64,000 nucleotides of DNA, taken from assembly GCA_951406725.2 (NCBI GenBank), contig OX597816.1, positions 68,758,001 to 68,822,000 of the forward strand, in the 5' to 3' direction. The notes beneath the pieces were generated by a model that worked only from the letters and a program-made list of their open reading frames with translations, was not told where the DNA came from and searched no databases. This stretch comes from Octopus vulgaris. Lineage: Eukaryota. Within the stretch, counting starts at the first letter, position 1. Every line of letters starts with the position of its first letter. Shown here one piece after another: positions 1-13,605 of this stretch. A program made the position numbers and the translations under genes.

Positions 1-430
1 TGAAGATAGAAGTACTTGGTTTGAGTTTGATTTCAAAGGGTGCTTGACACGGAGAAATGTAAAAGTTTGTGGGAATTTCTTATTCAAATAGTTAAGAAGT
101 TATAAAGTAATAGATAAGATAGAAAAGGAACATCGATGATAGAAAAGGAACATCGATGTTACTTACTAATTGATCCATTCGTTTCATTTCAGGATTGTAA
201 AAATAAAAATAAAAATATAAAAATGACAATCTCTCAAAATAAAAAATTGTTTGAATTTGGAGTACGAAAACTGCAAAGGTTGTGCCTAGATTAATTAGAG
301 TATTAGGAACTGTGAATAATGATGCAAAAAATGGATGAACGAGATCGGAATAGAATGTTCAGTGGGGCTTCTACAAAAATTTTGCTTCTTAGGGACAGGA
401 AAGATTATCAGAATGGTTTTGAGCGAGTAA
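1..430 (+). mobile_element. Degenerate R4/Dong-like non-LTR retrotransposon, restriction-like endonuclease C-terminus
   Basis: Broken translation ...EKCKSLWEFLIQ...KVVPRLIRVLGTV...LQKFCFLGTGKIIRMVLSE* (TAA 428-430) parallels the younger neighbour's ILWDMQ...PIIVGALG...QKIALLGTAHILRRTL. Contains a 20-bp tandem duplication at 118-157. Confidence 0.6.
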
Positions 431-483
431 CCGCTATTCATATAAATTATACCTGGAGTAAGAACAAACCCGAGTAAAATAGA

Positions 484-528
484 GTAATAATAATATTAGT
501 AATAATAACCATAATAAAAATAATGATG

Positions 529-578
<50 letters not shown>
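484..578. repeat. (AAT)n microsatellite
   Basis: Direct reading. Confidence 0.95.
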
Positions 579-579
<1 letters not shown>

Positions 580-1148
580 TTCACAGACATGACAGAGTTG
601 GAACCTACATACATTGGAAGCTATAACAACAGAAAAAAGGTGGTATAGGCACACACCAGAAAAGGTCGCAGAAAACGAGAAAGCAACCATACTCTGGGAT
701 ATGCAGATACACACAGATAGAGAAATTAAGGCCAACAGACCAGATATAGTTGTCAGAGATCATGAAGAAAAAAATGCTTTCTAATTGATGTATCAATACC
801 GGCAGATGACAACGTGTCTCTAAAAGAAATGGAGAAACTCTCAAAATACAAAGACCTGGAAATAGAGGTAACTAGAATGTGGAATCTGAAAACAGAAACA
901 ATTCCTATCATAGTAGGTGCATTAGGCATGATAAAAAAAATATTCAGACAAATACATAACAAAAACACCAGGACTTACAAACACATATAACATACAGAAA
1001 ATTGCACTACTAGGCACTGCACACATCCTACGCAGAACACTTTCCATACAATAACCATCAGAGCATCACAACAAATCACAGCACATACCCAAGGCACACA
1101 GAGCTGCGCTCGGTAGTGAAGTGAAAGCACGCTATAAAAATAAAACTA

Positions 1149-1152
<4 letters not shown>
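579..1152 (+). mobile_element. 5'-truncated R4/Dong-clade LINE (REL endonuclease plus 3' UTR)
   Basis: Translates WYRHTPEKVAENEKATILWDMQIHTDREIKANRPDIVVRDHEEKK..FLIDVSIPADDNVSLKEMEKLSKYKDLEIEVTRMW...QKIALLGTAHILRRTLSIQ* (TAA 1052-1054), with the RPD..D..E.K..KY REL motif. Frameshifts at poly-A runs; (AAT)n on both sides. Confidence 0.9.

Positions 1153-1208
<56 letters not shown>
1153..1208. repeat. (AAT)n microsatellite
   Basis: Direct reading. Confidence 0.95.
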
Positions 1209-1244
1209 TGTTTTAAATTTTAGAAGGTGTTAATCCTTTAAGTC

Positions 1245-1350
1245 AACCTCGGTAATTGACTGCTACATTGTTTTATCGACACCACAATGATGCAAGGCAA
1301 AATTGATCTCAGCGAAATTTTAATTCATAATGCAAAGAACTAACTGAAAT
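1245..1350 (-). mobile_element. Degenerate SINE family A fragment
   Basis: aaggcaaaattgatctcagcgaaattt resembles the reverse complement of aaattccgccgaggtcgactttgcctt. Confidence 0.5.
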
Positions 1351-2095
1351 CCGCAGAAATCTGGTGCTGTAATGACTCGTAATTATCGGGTTTATGTCGC
1401 AACATAAGTAACTGCCTGTATTAAAAATAAATGAAGAAAAATTGAGTCGATATTGATTGTATAAAATCAATATCGACTCTCAAATATCCTGCATTCATTT
1501 TTAATACAGACGGCGATTTAAGTGCCTTATGCCTGTACAGAAAGGCCAACCGTATACAACAATAGAAGATAGTTGAACGCAGGTAACGTGTCATGACAAA
1601 TTCAATAAAGTTTTTTTCTTCTGAACCTATGAAGTGAAAATGAAAAATACTCATTACTTTTCAATGTCCTCACTGACTTGTGACACAGCTCTGGTTGATG
1701 TTCAGTTTTGGTCAATTGTTAGACACTGTTGGGAAATGGTAAATACACGAGAGTTTCAAGTCTGGATAGGGAAACATGATCGAACTGTATCGAATGACAG
1801 TGAAAATCTATACAATGGTTATACAACGAGAAAGACAACAAAACAATTGATGAACGTAGTTACAAAAGCGGATTCCTATGAGAGATTGTTTAATATACAA
1901 TAAAGAAATTTAGAACGGTTAATAACAAATTTATAGTCATTTGATTTCTAGAAGAGTATAAAAGATATATTGAAAAAAATATACAAGGGACAGTATTCAC
2001 TATTTAGGAGAATTAATAAAAGCATTATTAAAAAAAGAAAGATTATTGAGAATATGTGACAATACTGCATTTCCTTAATAGTATTAATAGTTTCC

Positions 2096-2518
2096 GGCGA
2101 GCTGGCAGAATCGTTAGCACGCCGGGCGAAATGCTTAGCAGTATTTTGTCTGCCGCTACATTCTGAGTTCAAATTCAGCCGAGGTAGACTTTGCCTTTCA
2201 TCCTTTCGGGGTCGATTAAATAAGTACCAGTTACGCACTGGGGTCGATATAATCGACTTAATCTGTTTGTCTGTCCTTGTTTGTCCCCTCTGTGTTTAGC
2301 CTCCTGTGGGTAGTAAAGAAATAGAAATAGGTATTTCGTCTGCTGTTACGTTCTGAGTTCAAATTCCGCCGAGATAGACTTTACCTTTCATCCTTTCGGG
2401 CTCGATAAATTAAGCACCAGTTACGCACTGGGGTCGATGTAATCGACTTAATCCATTTGTCTGTCCTTGTTTGTCCCCTCTGTGTTTAGCCCCTTGCGGG
2501 TAGTAAATAAATAGGTAT
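2096..2518 (+). mobile_element. tRNA-derived SINE family A, full copy plus tandem headless copy
   Basis: ggcgagctggcagaatcgttagc (A-box-like) ... gagttcaaattc (B-box-like) ... gactttgcctttcatcctttcggggtcgat ... gtaaagaaatagg. The body repeats at 2328-2518. Confidence 0.9.
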
Positions 2519-2796
2519 TAATTGTTTCCTGGGAGATAAGATTTCTTTTTGGTGGGTGATATTGTGCGGCGTTCTCCATGTAACTCTATGTGGTGGTCGC
2601 CTATTTTGGATTCACCTCCCTTTAACTTCTCTATATATTTATAGTTGAATGTAGTTAATTCTCTATTAAGTTTCTGTCCTGTTATTTCTGACTTCCATTT
2701 TTACTCGATGTAAATACTTCATGTTTATGTATTTAGCTCTCGAATTATCCCTCACCCACGAATCTGGTAAATTTATGACACATAAAAATGTTTAGA

Positions 2797-3005
2797 CATG
2801 GCTGTGTGATTAAAACGCTTGCTTTGAAAGCAGGTTATTTCGAGTTCAATGCCAGTGCGCGGCACCTTAGGCTAGTGTCTTCTATTTTACCCGGCCAAAT
2901 TATTACTTTTTGAGTGGTAAAAAAGATGGGGGAGAAGATAGTCGATTGGTTTGATTAAACTCTTTTATGCGCAGTCTCATTATGGCAACAGAAACAAGTG
3001 AAAGC
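2797..3005 (+). mobile_element. Degenerate SINE family B
   Basis: tggctgtgtgattaaaacgcttgct...gcgcggcaccttaggctagtgtcttctat matches the family B head. Confidence 0.55.
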
Positions 3006-3132
3006 TAAGAAATAATGACTGTGTGTAAAATATGTTGACTTCGTCAAATCATCGTTAAGAAACCGTTGTTTTTGGTTTATGATTTAAAAACTTTCACTTT
3101 TGTTACGCCGATTAACTCCCTGCACGTAGGAA

Positions 3133-3445
3133 GTTTTTATTTTATTTTATGCGCCATTTTCAAGCCTAGCCAGGCTCATGGGCCCGGTTTCCCGGTTTCT
3201 GTGGCGTATGTGTTCCCCTCAGCTGGATGGGACGCCAGTCCATCGCGGCATTACTCAAGAAGCAGGAAGAGAGAGAGAGAAAGTTGGGGCTAAAGAGTAC
3301 AACAGAGGTCCTCCCCCTGCCGGAGTCGCGTAGAGCTTCAGGTGTGTTCGCTCAATAAACACGCACAACGCCCGGTCTGGGAATCGAAACCGCGAAGCTT
3401 CGACCGCGAGTCCGCTGCCCTAACCACTGGGCCATTGCGCCTCTA
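3133..3445 (-). mobile_element. tRNA-derived SINE family C with V-domain-like tail
   Basis: Reverse complement reads gaggcgcaatggcccagtggttagggcagcgg...ggtttcgattcccagaccggg...gcgatggactggcgtcccatccag...agaaaccgggaaaccgggcccatgagcctgg. 9-bp TSD cacgtagga at 3123-3131 and 3446-3454. Confidence 0.9.
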
Positions 3446-3627
3446 CACGTAGGATGTACTTAAAACAATATCGTTGTGAAATATGTAGAATGTATCACTG
3501 CACGAAATTTATATTAGCTTGTTTTTGCTATTGTTTAGCTCCTGATGAGCTATGATCAAGCAGACCTATGAACAACGTGTTTATGGTCACACTACATACT
3601 CTTGTTTTATTATTTTCTATGGAAAGT

Positions 3628-4210
3628 CGGCGAGCTGGTAGAAACGTTTGTCTGTCTTTACGTTCTGAGTTCAAATTCCGCCGAGGTCGACTTTGCCTTT
3701 CATCATTTCGGGGTTGATAAATTAAGTAACAGTTGCGTACTGGTGTCGAGTCCCCCTCCACCAAAATTTCGGGCCTTATGCCAAGAGTAGAAAAGATTAT
3801 TTTCTGTAGAAAGCAGGGAGCAGGTAGAATCATTACCGCGGAGGAGAAAATACTTAGCGACAGTTCTCTCGTCTTTACGTCCATCTCTTTCGGATTCGAC
3901 AAAATCAGTACCAGTCATATACTGGTTCGATGTAATCCTCTAGCCCAATCCCACCAAATTTCAGGCTTTATGCTTATAGTAGTCAGGATTATTCTACGCA
4001 GGTGTTGAGCAGGCAGAGTTGCTATCACACCAAAGAAAATGCTTTGCGGCATTTGTTCGTGCTTTAGGTGCTGAGTTCAAATTTCACCCAGGTTGACTTT
4101 GCCTTTTCTTTTTCCGGGGTCGATAAAATAAGTAAGAAAGAAGTACTGGTGTCGACGTAATCGACAAGCCCACTACCACATTGTTGAACAAATCACCAAC
4201 ATTTGGAAAC
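3628..4210 (+). mobile_element. Cluster of three progressively decayed SINE family A copies
   Basis: ctgagttcaaatt...gactttgcctttt...gtcgataaa...gtactggtgtcga motifs at about 3628-3800, 3820-3990 and 4005-4210. Confidence 0.75.
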
Positions 4211-5366
4211 GATATTTAAATTAGAAGTGTTATGAGAAGGATTTTGATTGATATCGCTGGCAGGGTTTGAGACTTTTAGAAGCTGTCCTTTATTAACTCT
4301 GAATAGCTTGTTTAAATGCCACGATTCTGTTGAGTATAAATTCCGTCGAGATCGTGAAACTGATTCTACACACTGCTACACCGATGAGGATCAAACAGAT
4401 CAATATCACACCTCTTCGGTAGACAAAATTTGATGCTCGCCCGGTTTCTTTGAAGGCCCTAAAAATGTTAACACATAAGTAAGTCATATAATCTGTATCT
4501 TCTAAAGGATTTATAGCTCCTAAATTACATAAAATCTATTCCTAATTTGCCTGTCAACTATAAAAGTGATATATTGGAGTATTAAATGCGATCGATAATA
4601 ACGCATGAAATAATTACCTCCAATTATTTTGACATGAGAGAATTAGAGGTGACAACAACGATATTTTGATTATCCAAAATCATTGGTTAACATATGCGTG
4701 GACACATTAGATTAGAAGAAACCTAGAAATGCGTAGATGGCTAATTAAGTTTCTAAGAGCAGCTGGCTTGTGAATTCAGTTCTTATTCCCTTTAATGACA
4801 TATCTTTGTAAAATAGAATGCCTCTGATTGATTTTATTTAAGTATGTAGTCGGAAGTGTAGCGGTGTGATTCGGAAAATTGTTTTGAAGCACCTGTGTTC
4901 CACATTCAATCCTAGCGCGCGGCAAATTGGGCATTTAGGCTTTACTGCAATATCGAGTTGACCATCCGTTTGCGAAGCGAATAAGGGAACGTTGCAGGAA
5001 CACACAAATGCGCATGCATGCACACACGAACATATGTGTGCGTATGTGTGTCTGCGTCTATACATAAAACGACACACACACACACACACACGTGTGTGTG
5101 TGTGTGTGTGAGTCTGTATCTAAGAGTGAATATGTGTCTGCGTGTATTCATACAAAGACACATTCACTTATACACATAGAGGGACTGTTCGAAATAAAAG
5201 AGAATTGTTTTCCGAAAGTCAAATTTATTTACAGTCGGTGACAGCATCGAGAGTACTTTTGAACTTTTCCCATCGACCAATCATTTTCCAGGCTTTAAAC
5301 ACCCCGGAGTGTGAACGAGCTCGCAGCGAAGTTTATATCCTGAAAATATTTTTTTCTGTCTGTATA

Positions 5367-5757
5367 GGCGCAGGAGCGGCTGTGTAGTAAGTAGCTTGCT
5401 TACCAACCACATGTCTCCGGGTTCAGTCCCACTACGTGGCACCTTGGGCAAGTGTCTTCTACTATAGCCTCGAGCCGACCAAAGCCTTGTGAGTGGATTT
5501 GGTAGATGAAAACTGAAAGAAGCCCGTCGTATATGTGTATATGTATCTGTATATATATGTGTGTCTGTGTTTGTTCCCCCAACATCGCTTAACAACCGTG
5601 TGTTTACGTCCCCGTAACTTAGCGGTGCGGCAAAAGAGTCCGATAGAATAGGTACTAGGCTTACAAAGAATAAGTCTTGGGGTCGATTTGCTCGACTAAA
5701 GGCGGTGCTCTAGCATGGCCGCAGTCAAAGGACTGAAACAAGTAAAAGAGTAAAGTG
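5367..5757 (+). mobile_element. tRNA-derived SINE family B, full length
   Basis: ggcgcaggagcggctgtgtagtaag...gggttcagtcccac...accttgggcaagtgtcttct (CORE-like) ... internal (TA/TG)n ... ggcggtgctctagcatggccgcagtcaaaggactgaaacaagtaaaagag. Confidence 0.92.
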
Positions 5758-5759
5758 TA

Positions 5760-6975
5760 AAAGGGTATTTTTAAAGAAAAGAAGAAAGAAAGTAAAAACT
5801 ACCCTTCGAGGGAGCACATTTCGCTCATGCACGACAATTATGTGAAGTGAATGATGAGAGTAAACGAAATGAAAAGCTAGAGGATTATTTATATGGATGA
5901 AAGCTACATCCACACGAACTATTATCGGCGCAATGATTCATCGTACGATCCAAATGATTAGCAAGGCCATACAACTATTACATGCCACAAAGGACAAGAG
6001 TATTGGTACATTGAAGCAATTATAGACAAACGATCGTATGAACAACAAGCTAGATTATCGATGGATACGATTGATACTTTTAAAGAGGGAAAGATCCAAC
6101 GAATGATGACCATGGCTTCTTTGATCACAAATAATAAATAATTATAAATGCACCCTTTTAAAGCCGAGCCAGGCTCATGGGCCCAGTTTCCCGGTTTCTA
6201 TGGCGTATGTATCTCCCAGCTGCACGGGACGCCAGTCCATCGCAGCGTTACTCATTTTTGCCAGCTGAGTGGACTGGAGCAACGTGAAATGAACACAAAG
6301 CGTCGCCCGGTCCAGGAATCGAAACCACGATCTTACGATCATTGTGCTGACACCCTAACCACTAAGCCACGCGCCTCCACTGTTTGATCACGAATACTTT
6401 GTCAAATAGATGAGATAGCTATTGCAGTCTTTGAAAGGCGTTAATATATCCAATGCTCTTATCGTGATACACAATGTCAAGTTCCTTAAAGAATTACCCG
6501 AAAATACACCGAGAAACAACGACGACAAAGCAACATTACAAGAATCGTGTACAAAAGCGGAATTGGGTTTCATGGCAACGACACGAAGGCTATGTTATGG
6601 GAAAGATTGCATCCGTATACCCAAGGTAATGTAATTCCTGTTATTGCAAGAATGGCTCAAGATGAAGGACATGAAGTACTATTTTCACCATCTCATTGCT
6701 CGGATTTGCATCCGATGGAGCTTGTCTGGGCTATGGTAAAACGAGAGTTGGGTAAGGAGTACACAACCGGCACTCCATTCAAAGATGTAGTCAACATTTG
6801 AAAGTAAATACTGTTGAGGGATGCAATGGTAAAGCAAATAGGAATTTGAAAACGCAGGAAGTCTATGGAAAATACCTATGATGAAAATGGGGATGATTCA
6901 GATGAGGATATGGGTCCTCGTGGCTCCTCTGATGACAAGGAAATCATCAGTGAGGACTCTCATAATGATGTTTAA
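5760..6975 (+). pseudogene. Decayed IS630/Tc1-superfamily DDE transposase, interrupted by a SINE
   Basis: RIIYMDESYIH (5881-5913), NALIVIHNVKFLK (degenerate MDNA.YH), GHEVLFSPSHCSDLHPMELVWAMVK (P..SD.NPIE..W motif) and an acidic tail. Multiple stops and frameshifts. Confidence 0.8.
6152..6381 (-). mobile_element. tRNA-derived SINE (family C tail, CORE-like middle)
   Basis: Reverse complement: ggaggcgcgtggcttagtggttaggg...ggtttcgattcctggaccggg...atttcacgttgctccagtccactcagctggcaaaaatgag..gcgatggactggcgtccc...gggcccatgagcctgg. Confidence 0.88.
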
Positions 6976-7484
6976 AAACAAATCAGAATTTCCTTTTGTT
7001 TTCCCATATATTTCTATCAAATTTTCAAAATATTGTATCAATTCATGATTATACCTTGGCCTAAATTGTGCTACCAAAAAGATCCCGGTTTAAAATTAAA
7101 ATAAAATAATATATATGAACATATACAATAATGATAAAATAATAAATACCAAGCAAAGCATGGAACGGTTTGTCATTTTTTGTTGCATTAAAGATATATA
7201 TATATATATATGTATGATTGTATGAATGTATGTCTCTATCTATTTATCGATCACATTTGTTTCTGTATTTTTCCGTGCACAAATTAAGTATTGTATACGC
7301 ACACCTGTTGCAGGTGTGTATAACGTGTATTTGTACGCTTCGCATACACAAGTGTGTCATAAGCATACAGATTCATGTTATTCACTTAATTTGTGCACGA
7401 AAAAAGACAGTGAAACAAATGTAATTGATAAACAACTAGATAAAGATATACATACATACATAAATACGTACATACACTCATACA

Positions 7485-7525
<41 letters not shown>

Positions 7526-8111
7526 GCATAGGTTTGTGTCAATGTTCCTGTATCCGTTAGGATCTGTCATTATCGATAAAAGTTCTAATATTTGCTTGAA
7601 ATATATACTATCAGCTCTAATATTTGCTTCAAATATATACTATCAGCACCGCTTTCACACACTTAATATTGATCATAAATTACTCACTCAACTTTGTCAA
7701 ACTCTCTGCAATGCTTTCACACATTGTGATAACACTCAATGTCTCTTCTGGCCGTAGTGTGTAAGTGTGGCGTGTATGCCTCCTAAGTGCAAGCAATGAT
7801 TACTGATATAGAAATGAAATCGGTGTTTGTGTTTGTATTTTTTTTTTATAATTTCCACACCGATATGTCAAAGAAGATATCTTTAGCACATAGTTTTCAT
7901 GTTTATTCTCTCTGCGTTGTCGAGCTTCTTCACGCTAGAATTTTATCAGACTAATTTCGTAGACAAAGTGATATGATAAGAAATATATTTTTAAGTAAAT
8001 TTCTGCAATCTCCGCTTTGCAACAATCAGCTAGATTTCGAGAGAAAGTTGTAAATATTTTTTCTTCTCCAGCGTTTCCCGTTTCTTTCCAGTAATACCTT
8101 TCCATTATCTA

Positions 8112-8720
<609 letters not shown>

Positions 8721-9011
8721 CCTGTCCATTAACTTTAACGACTTAGCCATCTTTAGATGTTTTCTGTTTTCTTATCTCTACTTCTTTTCAATACTATACT
8801 TTTAATGTCGAGATGGTTCCAGTTCCTAAAGTTTCCTGACTTCCAAATAAACAATGATATACCTTACACGTCAAGGAGTCTCAATATTTTTATCGCCTTT
8901 AATACTGTCTAATACATTAGATTTTCAGTTTGTTCCTAACAGATGTAAACGTTCACTGCAGAAAAGAAAAGAAAAACGACAAACCTATATAATAAGTGTA
9001 TTTGCATTAAA

Positions 9012-9129
<118 letters not shown>

Positions 9130-9203
9130 GTGTTTATTTATCCTTATGTATCTTACGTCATCGTTTTTAAAGCTGTACCTACTTCGAGTTCCACTTACAA
9201 AAG

Positions 9204-9264
<61 letters not shown>

Positions 9265-10060
9265 CATACACTCACATGAGTGTATGTGTTTGTGTGTGTG
9301 TGTGCATATGTGTGCATATGTGGCTCTGTGTGCTTGTCTGTATTTGTCTGCGTCTAAGTATGTATAATAAAAGATACATTCTTGATATATTGTAAATGTC
9401 TCTGCTTCCAGATATGGTAAGATTTTCCAAACCTGAAAGGTAAATAATCTCAAGAATCAAGAATACTTCAAAATTTTCATGTTGTTATTGAAATTCTGTC
9501 TGATCGTCTGATGATAGAAATACAGTTAGTCGCAAACCCATGTTTCTGCCTCAGTAAACCGAAACTCATCTTATATGTTATTCAGTATACCTGTATGCCA
9601 CTTTGTTGTCCAAAGACAGACCACTATTAAGCTTGTTAGATTTCTGTTACTTCATTTCCCTTTAATTTATGTTCCTTACCCATGCCATAAGTGTGTCCTA
9701 CTCTTTCTCATAAATATCTAAGCGCCTTGACAGCTGAAGATAAAGGAGAACAATTGCTATTCTAATGGCGCCCGCTAATGCGGAAACACGTATCGGAAAA
9801 CGGTGATATGTCCTCAGACAATCTGACGCTCGTTTCATTATTAACATGTCATTTTTGTAGAATTCTTGATTTTCGAAATAATCCTCCTTCATGCTATCCT
9901 GTCTGGAAGCGGAAATGATTCCAATATCCATGATTTTATCTTGTACGTTATTTAGTATATCTTTATTCGTCTTTGTTGTTCAAATACAGGCAACTGACTT
10001 ACTTGATCTTATCAAATTTAATTTTCGTCTGTATGTCTGCATGTTTATATAAATGCTGGC

Positions 10061-10134
<74 letters not shown>

Positions 10135-10154
10135 TATCTTTTTATGATTTACAT

Positions 10155-10325
10155 ATTTCAGTCATTAAACTGCAGCTTTGCTGGGCTCGCGGCTCGAAGA
10201 ATTTTTACCGAATGAATCAACACCAGTGATTTTGTTTTAAGCAAGGTACTTATTCTATCGAACACTTTTACTGAACCACTAAGTTACAGGGGAATTAAAC
10301 ATACGTCAGTTATGAAGCGGTGCTG
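10155..10325 (-). mobile_element. Partial degenerate SINE family B (3' half)
   Basis: tttcagtcattaaactgcagc...gtacttattctatcg...ccactaagttacagggga. Confidence 0.65.
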
Positions 10326-10399
10326 CAAGTCAAAAAGCATTTAATAGAATTTAAAACAACAGATCTTCCTATGGATCAACACGATAAATAACAACAAAA

Positions 10400-12330
10400 A
10401 TAAAGAAACGCTCGCCTGGAAATTCTAAACTTATTGAAACATTAATATCATAAGTTCAAGCGAAATATTATATATGGCAGCCTCTGTACTTACAGAGGTG
10501 AAGTTTGCTTCAGTACATCTCATATACGGATACGAGATCCCAGTGCAAACAATATAGAAACTGAATATACAGAACAGGCTAGAACGTAACAGAAATATCT
10601 CTGAAACTTTCATAAAATCAATAAGAAAACGAAGGTGAGAAATACTTCAGAAATATCATAGAACAAAAAAAAAAAAAAAGAAAAAATATCGATAAATCAA
10701 AGAACGTCTGAAAGGAGAGATCCTCACTAACTCGGAAAGAATCAGCGTGGATGTAAAGCAACAATTCTTGGAGTGAAACAAAGAGTGCAATTTCAATCTA
10801 TGATAATTTTATTGGGAAGTAGGTGGAATTTTAATGACAATTTATGCAGCACTATCAGCTTAAGAAACAGAATTATTCTGGGAAAGAATATGGAGAGCGA
10901 ATACGCGACAAGAGAAGGAAATTGATCAGTATCAGAGGATCAATGAATGATCATAACAACCCAGGAAGTATCGTACATGCTATAAAATCACAAAGAACTG
11001 CAAAGTACGGGAAGATGATAAGGTCACAAACCTTTAGTCAAATAATTGACAACATACGTGGATACAGATATTATTTAATTAGATACTAATGGAACCGCCG
11101 ACAACGCCTAGCTGGCAAATTGAAGGAAAATGCCAAGACAAATGAAACAACAATTCTTCAAACAACAGTACAATAAGAAAAGGGAAAATTCCAACTACAA
11201 CAACAGTGCAGTGGATAAATATTCAATCAGAGAAACACATATCTCCTGGTTTATTTGACACGGCATTAAAGAACGAAGGATGCTTTATTGAAAACGAGTT
11301 TAACTGACAGAGATCATCTATCTCCAGCCATTGAAAATTAAAGCGATGCTTCATGTAAGGGAAAAATTATATAATAAAATTTTATTTAGAAAATACATTA
11401 TTAAAAAAAAAGTGTAAGTTATTCGTAAAATGGAACTAATATTTAAAAAGCAATTCTTTGATAAACCGTCGCCTGGTGTAATGTCACTAGCTGGATATTA
11501 GGTGCCTTTTGCAGAGTTGGGTCTACTGAATGCATTTGGTCAGGTCTCTTGTGTAAAAATAATGTCCTTTCATCTCTTTTGGAGACTATGCAAATGGATA
11601 CGAGCTGCTACACATTCTTCTTTGAATAAATCATAAAAGCAATACATCTGATAAGACATTTTGAAAAATCTTCCACCAGTTCATGTGTTTGAAGCTGACA
11701 CTAATAAACATTCACTAAGGTATTAATAATTAAACATCAGAGGGAAAGTTACACCGGCAACAAAAGAAACGGAAATACAGTGGGAGTAGTTTTATAGTCG
11801 AAATGAAACCGTACAATAGAGAGGAAGAGAAAAAGAGATCGGAAATGTAACACTACGAATATGGCTCCCGTTTGAATAGTGGGGCATTTCCTATCACAAT
11901 AAAAACGTTGGCAATTGGAAATGCTCCAGAAAATATAAATTCCAAATATCTGGTTAACGCACTTAGCCAGTATATAGATGCCGCTTTAGCAACAGCATTC
12001 AATGAATTGTTAATTCGGCTATAATTAACACACAATAGACTGATAGAGTGGAAAATAATATTTATTCTCTTAATTATGAAGTATAAAACATTTGTGACTA
12101 AAGAAGAAAAAAATGAACTACAGACCAATAACCTGTTTAACTACTGGATATAAGGCCATGATCTCAGTCTGCCTGCTTACACAAGAAAAAGAAAATCATA
12201 CTGAAAGTAAACCAACGCTGTGAATGGATATAATAAAATAATAGTTATTAGAAATCAGAAATTTTCAAAGACAGTAAAGAAATAACCAATAATCCGTTGC
12301 GGATGGATTTCCGCAAAAAATAATTCTGAT
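10400..12330 (+). mobile_element. Highly decayed R4/Dong-like LINE fragments, including the RT N-terminus
   Basis: NYRPITCLTTGYKAMIS at about 12116-12166, NWK at about 11913 and WMDFRK at about 12300. An upstream piece resembles the post-RT 'EG.I.A' region. Boundaries are approximate. Confidence 0.5.
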
Positions 12331-12513
12331 GCATGAATCAATAATAGAAGTTCAAAACAGTTAGTCGACTTTCCAGCCATCAAATGACACCCCTACTGTC
12401 GTAAGAAAAGAAGGATCCATTTGGTGTTATTGTATTCATGGATAGAAAAACAAAAAAAAAAAAAACAGTGTGGTTTCAGTTAACTTCAGAGTAAATAGAA
12501 GCAGCAACACTAG

Positions 12514-12905
12514 TGGAGGCGCAATGACCCAATGATTAGAGCAGAGGACTCGCGGTCGGAAGACCGCGGTTTCGATTCCCAGACCGGGCGTTGTGTGTGT
12601 ATTTATTGAGCGAAAACACCTAAAGCTCCACGAGGCTCCGGCAGGGGGTGGTGGCGACCCCTGTTGTACTCTTTCGCCCCAACTTTCTTTCACCCTTTCT
12701 TCCTGTTTCTTGTCCCCGACTTCCTACGCAACTGCTGAGCTTGGATGCGCATTCCTCCATCCGTCGATGATCTCGGTGTCGGACGATTGACCTGCTTTCT
12801 CTTCTGCGGGTCTTACGAATAGCAAAAGACCACGTTTCGGACTTCTCCCATCTTGTGAGCTCTGGGGCGACGACCGCTACGCTCAGAACTACAACAGCAG
12901 CAACG
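12514..12905 (+). mobile_element. SINE with family C tRNA head and an alternative 3' module
   Basis: Head ggaggcgcaatgacccaatgattagagcag...ggtttcgattcccagaccggg, as at 3133-3445. After ttcctgtttcttg it switches to tccccgacttcctacgcaac...ccacgtttcggacttctcccatc...(CAG/CAA) tail, which also occurs at 37803-38060. Confidence 0.85.
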
Positions 12906-13529
12906 CTACATTTCGATAACTTTGCTGCCAATACCCAAAACATTAACTTGTCCAGATACTATATCAACCGTTTCTATCGCCCCTCCATCAAGCTCTCGCT
13001 TGTTATCATCAATAGTTATCATCAATAGAACTTCCCCAGTGATCTGTTTCTGTTATGAGAGACCACTGACTAATAGCCTGATACCAAATTTCGGTACTTC
13101 AGATTGCTTCCTGGTAAAACCGAACTACGCAACGCCAAACTTACATTGATCATATCTCATAAAGTAGCAATTTCCTTCTGAATCCTTTCGCCTTATAACA
13201 TTTTAAAACATGCTTAAAATCATTAAGAAACATCGAACCATTATGTACTTATAATAGTACAATCATCCTCTGAAAGTTATACAATCAACTGTTGAACTTC
13301 TGCCACGATCCCCAAAGACAGAACAAACCAACAAATTTTTCGAGCACTTCAATCATTCCATTTCCAAACAAAGGTAATCACTTGTCTCTAGACTACAGAG
13401 GAATTATACTGGCATCGCTGTATCCTCATAGAGATCACCTGAAGCGGAGTATATGTACATAAAGACATACATACATATGTACATTCACACACACACATAC
13501 ACACACATATCTATGTATACATGTACGCA

Positions 13530-13605
<76 letters not shown>

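Noticed and set aside
2096-2180. tRNA-like A/B boxes in SINE heads
   Set aside because: They do not form full cloverleaves; they are SINE promoters, not tRNA genes
9670-9945. Minus-strand 77-aa ORF and an ATGGCATGG|GTAAGG donor-like site
   Set aside because: No recognisable domain or partner exon; would need RNA-seq
12905-13430. Possible decayed RTE-like RT (IIPFPNKGNHLSLDYRGIIL)
   Set aside because: One weak motif only; boundaries cannot be supported
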